Positions 53,271 to 64,000 of a stretch of 64,000 nucleotides of DNA are shown here, piece by piece. Made by a program: the position numbers and the translations under genes. The first letter of the stretch is position 1, and every line of letters begins with the position of its first letter. Source of the DNA: Salpingoeca rosetta (taxonomy: Eukaryota; Protista; Choanoflagellata); NCBI GenBank assembly GCA_033442325.1, contig JAWQFM010000010.1, positions 1,558,923 through 1,622,922 of the forward strand, in the 5' to 3' direction. The notes under the pieces were generated by a model. It saw only the letters and a list, made by a program, of their open reading frames with translations. It was not told the origin of the DNA and did no database searches.

Positions 53271-53513
53271 ATCAGGGTTGCGGATAATTCTCCATGATTC
53301 CCAATACAATTCCAGCCGGAAACCGCCCAAGGAACAAAAACAAAAGCAACACCGCAGCAACAGCAGCAGCAGCATTCACATCTCACTGCAACTCGGGCAA
53401 CTGTCGTCGCGTTTTTGCCCTTGCTGCACTCGTGCACACAAGATCAGGAACCACAAGCAGTGCAGACATCAACACCCTGCAAGCGGGCAAGTGAGCGAGT
53501 AAGCGAGTGAACG

Positions 53514-59672
<6,159 letters not shown>

Positions 59673-60139
59673 TTGTGGTGTTGCTTGCGTTGATGCTTGT
59701 TGTCCTGTTTGTTGTTCTGTTTGTTGTTCTGTTTGTTGTTCTGTTGCATTACGTGTATGTTGCACTGCTGCGTTGGTGCTGCTCTTGATGTCACGTGTTT
59801 TGACTGTGTAGGTGGAGTGATGCTGCACAGCATCCCTCTCTCTGTCTCTGTCTGTCTGTCTCTCTGTGTGGCAATGGCCTGTTGGGTGAAGGAGACACAT
59901 TGAACACTTCAATTCACGACCAAATACACCACGACCTGCACTGACATTGGCAAAACAAGTCAACAAGACCACTGCACACATGCACACACACATAAACACA
60001 ACAACACAAAACACATCAACACACATACGCACGCATAAACACATGCACACGTGCAAGAGCAAAAACACCATCCCCCCCCCCAGGAAATCACATTGTCACG
60101 ACATCTGGGAAGAAGGGGGTGGAATGACAGCTGGCGGCG

Positions 60140-61894
60140 CTAGGAGCTGCGCTTTGGATCGTGGAACGCCTTTGGGTTCTCGGGAAGCACCCTGGTGGCG
60201 TGCGTGCACACACGTGTGTTGGGGTGTTAAGGTGTACATGGGTGAGGGATGGAAGAAGTCAAAGAGCGAGTATGTGAGAGAGAGTGTGTATGAGGGATGT
60301 GTGTGTGCATATGTGTGTTTGTGTAGCCCAGAAGCAGTGAGTAACGTCACTTCCTGCCCTCCTCCCGCCGTTTCGCTCCACCTATCACCAACCAACCACA
60401 ACCACCAAGCAGCAAGCACGCATCGCAACTGCAGCGACAGGACGTACTGTGGGGAGGTGAAGACGGGCATAGTGTCGCCGCGGACAACCTTTGCACCGGC
60501 CTCACGCACCGCAGCCACGTGCTGCATGCGAATCTCCTCCTGCCCGCGCGACCCAAGATGCTCGGCCATCGCCTTGGTCAAGGAGCCCTAGTGCAGAGAC
60601 AAACACAGCGAAAGCAGTGGTGTTTGCGTGTGGGGGGGGGTGATGGGAGCGGGTAAGTGAAAGAGTACGGGAGACATAGGTGGTGGTGGTATTGGTGGGG
60701 GGGGGGGTTGTTTGGGATTGGGTTGTGGCATGCACAGATTGTCATGGTGTTGGTACGAGACAAAGCAGAAAATTGCGATATGCAAAGAAGGAGTTGTGGT
60801 GATGGCGGTAGACGAAGTCATGGACATGTGTTCAACTCTATAACACGAAGCACACGCTCACAACGATGCATGCACACAAGAGCACACCAGAGAGCACACA
60901 CACACACACACCTGCTCCTCCGAGGTGTGCTCTTCGTGATGCTCCTCCGGCGTTCCTTGTGTGTGGGGGTTGTAGAAGAGCGACTTGCGGCCGTCGCCCC
61001 AAGGGAACTTCTGCTCGCATCAAACGCATACAGTGAGTTGTTAGTTTCTCGTGCATGTCTTCGTGCGCACGTGGGCTTGTCAGTGTGTGTTGGCTTGCTG
61101 GGCTGGTTGTTCTGTATCGTGTGTAGCGTAAGGATGCATCGTTGCATAGTTTCAATGCACGCGCACACACACACACACATACACACACACACATCCACAT
61201 ACACACACACACACGCACATCCACACATACACACACGCGCGCGCACAACTTGCCTTCTTCTGGATGCGAAGGTGGTCGTAGTCAACGAATGGCGGTGGTT
61301 CAATGTGTTCCGCGGCTACGAGGGCAAACAGAAAGGGGCAAACGAAGAACACGCAACCGTGGAAGTCAATACAGCATGATGGGTTGGACGCAAGACACAA
61401 TCGTCAACACACCACTCAACCGCCATTCAAGCCACCAGTGCACAGCAAACAATGGGGTGAGTGGCGTACCAATGACTTGCTTGTAGAACATGTAGCTGAG
61501 GAGAGGCAGCGCGAGGAGGGAGCCAAACTTGTAGGTGAGGAAGCTGGACTCGTCGTGCTTGCCAGCGCTCTCAGCAACATGGGTGGACGCAAAGCGTCGG
61601 CCGCCTTGATTTGATGAAGCGAGAACGAAGCAAGCAAGGGTATGTGTGGCAAAAGGACATGTTCATCAGTGCACATGCGTTGGGTGAGCTTGGTGTCTCA
61701 GCAGCAGAGCCAATACTATGCGTGGTGTGCTTCCTCTTGTTGCGCGCAAGGCGCGCGCCTCCTCACCCTTGTACTGATTTGAGTTTACACCACAATACAC
61801 AGCACAGTCAACACACAACCAACACCAACTGCAACAACACAATCAACATCTCACACCACTGCGCACCTGCCAACAGTCGTCGTGCTGCCTGCAT
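60140..61894 (-). CDS. COX6A: Cytochrome c oxidase subunit 6A (Cox13-like) with a C-terminal extension
   Basis: MQAARRLLAG|GRRFASTH... presequence, a single TM, then EHIEPPPFVDYDHLRIQKK|KFPWGDGRKSLFYNPH, which is the COX6A signature. Two further exons end at TAG 60140-60142. Confidence 0.85.
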
Positions 61895-61966
61895 CGTGGT
61901 TGTTCGTTCAGGTGTTGGATGTAGAAAATATCCACAAATCATTCACCAATTTTCCACATACAGTGC

Positions 61967-62040
<74 letters not shown>

Positions 62041-62636
62041 CAGCTTGCCTCCCACCACATCTGCAACCACTGACGTGCCTTCTTTGCTTGGTTCCTTGCT
62101 CGCTGATGGGCTTCGTTTATGTTAGAAGTAGCGCAGTGGTTGGGCGTTGAGAGGCAACTACCCATCTGCCTGTCTCTCTCTCTCTCTTTGTCTGTCTGCC
62201 TGAATGCCTGAAACGGAAGAAGAGGAAGACGAAACACACAACAACGTGCGAGTGCAAAGTATCGAAGTATCAAAGTGGAGTGGGAGAGTGCACAGTGCGT
62301 AGTGGGGAGAGGGGGGACAAGGAGAAGAGAATCTGAAGCGAGCAAGGACGTTGCAGACGGAGCAAGAAAAGAAAGAAAGAAAGAAAAAAAAAAAAGAACA
62401 GCGCACAGCATTCACAGCATGCAGCAACGGCTGCAACACAGGGAAAAAAAGGAAAAAGAAAAGGGGAATGTCATGACATTTCAACAACACAACACCCAGA
62501 TCAAGTGTACAGGTGGGAGCGTGAGAATGGAACAACCAAACATGCAAAGAGAACAACCAAATCAGTTGCAACAGCTGCAGTAGCAGCAACCCTCGCATGT
62601 CAGAACAACAAAAGCGCAAGGGTTGTGCTGGTTTCG

Positions 62637-62930
62637 CTATGAGTCCTCGTGTTGACCGCCACCGTGATCAGCACCGCTACCACCGCCATCACCCTCACCG
62701 TTACCATCACCATCACCCTCGGCCAAGGGATCATTGGTGCCTGCAGCCGTGCGGCGCCGCAGCTCCAGGTCCCGCACACGCGCACGCGCCTGCTCAAGCT
62801 GCTGCGCAACGTTCTGCTCCTATGCACAAACACACACGCACACACACACACATGCACACGCACACGCACACACAAAACGTGAATGACTGCAGTGCTTTGT
62901 TGGGGAAGGGGGAGAGAGAACACGAAGGAA

Positions 62931-62966
<36 letters not shown>

Positions 62967-63356
62967 CACACACACATGTAGGTGGACGCACCACAGGTGG
63001 ATGCTGCAGAGCAGCACCGCCATCGTGGCTGCCGTGACTGGTGTGATGGCTGGCATGACTGGTGTGACTGGTGTGACTGGTGTGACTGGTGCCATGGCTG
63101 CCGTGACTGGTGTGACTATTGTGGCTGCTGTGATGAAGGCGGATGTGGTCGTCATCATCATCATCGTCGGGCGGTGGGCCCTGCACGGGCTCGCCCATCT
63201 GCGCAGTGTCGTACGACATACAGTACTTGCACTGGTGTGATGGGTTGTTGTTTAAGTTGTTGTTGTTTAAGTTGTTGTGTGGTGTATGTATGTGTGAGTA
63301 GACAAGCACGAAGAGACGGACATCGAATAACACGCGTACACACACACACAGAGCAC

Positions 63357-63387
<31 letters not shown>

Positions 63388-64000
63388 CCTTGTGTCCGAG
63401 GGAGTGGAATTTTGCGTACGAGGATCGAGAGCAGTCGCGGCAGCGGATGTGTACATATGTGTTCTTGTACTGTGGCGGCTGTCACCACGCACGCGCGCAC
63501 ACACACACACACCAATAAAGGGGGTGAGGATGTGTGTGCGTGTATGTGATGTGCAATGTGCATGACATGACACACGTCGTTGGAGCATCGTGTCGCAAAT
63601 CATTCCAAACAACAGCAAAGGCAGAAGAGAAATCACTTCCACACACACACACACACACACATACATACACACACACACATACATACCATGGGCGTTTGTT
63701 GAATTTGCTCCTCCAGATGTTTGTATTTGGAGGAGAGGTCGAGAAACGACTGCGTGCACACGGGGCACTTGGACCTGAAGCAACACCACATACACGCACA
63801 TGTGCGCCAAGGGCACGTGAGTACTAGCATTGACAGGACACGGGCAAGATAAAAGAAAACACACACACAGACACAGATACACACACTCACACACTCACTC
63901 AGACACATAGACCATCACACGTGCACATACACGCGCGTGTGCACTCACGTGGTTGAGAGGAGCATACGGTAGCAGCTGTTGTGGAGAAAATGGCCACAGG
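62637..64000 (-). CDS. RCHY1: RING finger and CHY zinc finger protein (RCHY1/Pirh2-like), 3' part only
   Basis: CGHFLHNSCY..., KCPVCTQSF...IQQTPM|PPQYKNTYVHIRCRDCSRSSYAKFHSLGHK|CKYCMSYDT, corresponding to the RING end plus the C-terminal zinc ribbon. Confidence 0.88.

Noticed and set aside
61908-62411. ORF containing MGSCLS..., resembling a myristoylation/palmitoylation start
   Set aside because: It runs into a CA microsatellite with no recognisable domain or supported splice. It lies in the spacer between COX6A and RCHY1.

Overview
Intron-rich, GC-rich eukaryotic DNA whose introns are packed with (CA)n/(GT)n microsatellites. The style and gene content suggest a choanoflagellate such as Salpingoeca rosetta (inference). 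By splicing exons by eye I can support 13 protein-coding genes, in order: serine dehydratase 3' end (+), CCDC105/tektin-like (-), TONSL (+), two tandem Tweety-family genes (-), FCP1/CTDP1 (-, 5' end missing), MOSMO (+, 5' end missing), MFSD1 (-), an EGLN/PHD-type prolyl hydroxylase (-), ZBBX-like (+), RFC1 (-), mitochondrial GPD2 (+) and COX6A (-). A 14th gene, RCHY1/Pirh2 (-), is cut by the right edge. The most striking observation is the tandem pair of Tweety-like membrane proteins. Their cytosolic tails carry an identical PSAPPIEV motif (an ESCRT-I/TSG101-type late motif, with 7 of 8 codons differing synonymously) followed by one or two C3HC4 RING fingers. This is a candidate self-contained membrane E3 ligase/ESCRT recruiter. 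Gene identities come from my recall of family motifs, not from database searches. Gene features give whole spans including introns.
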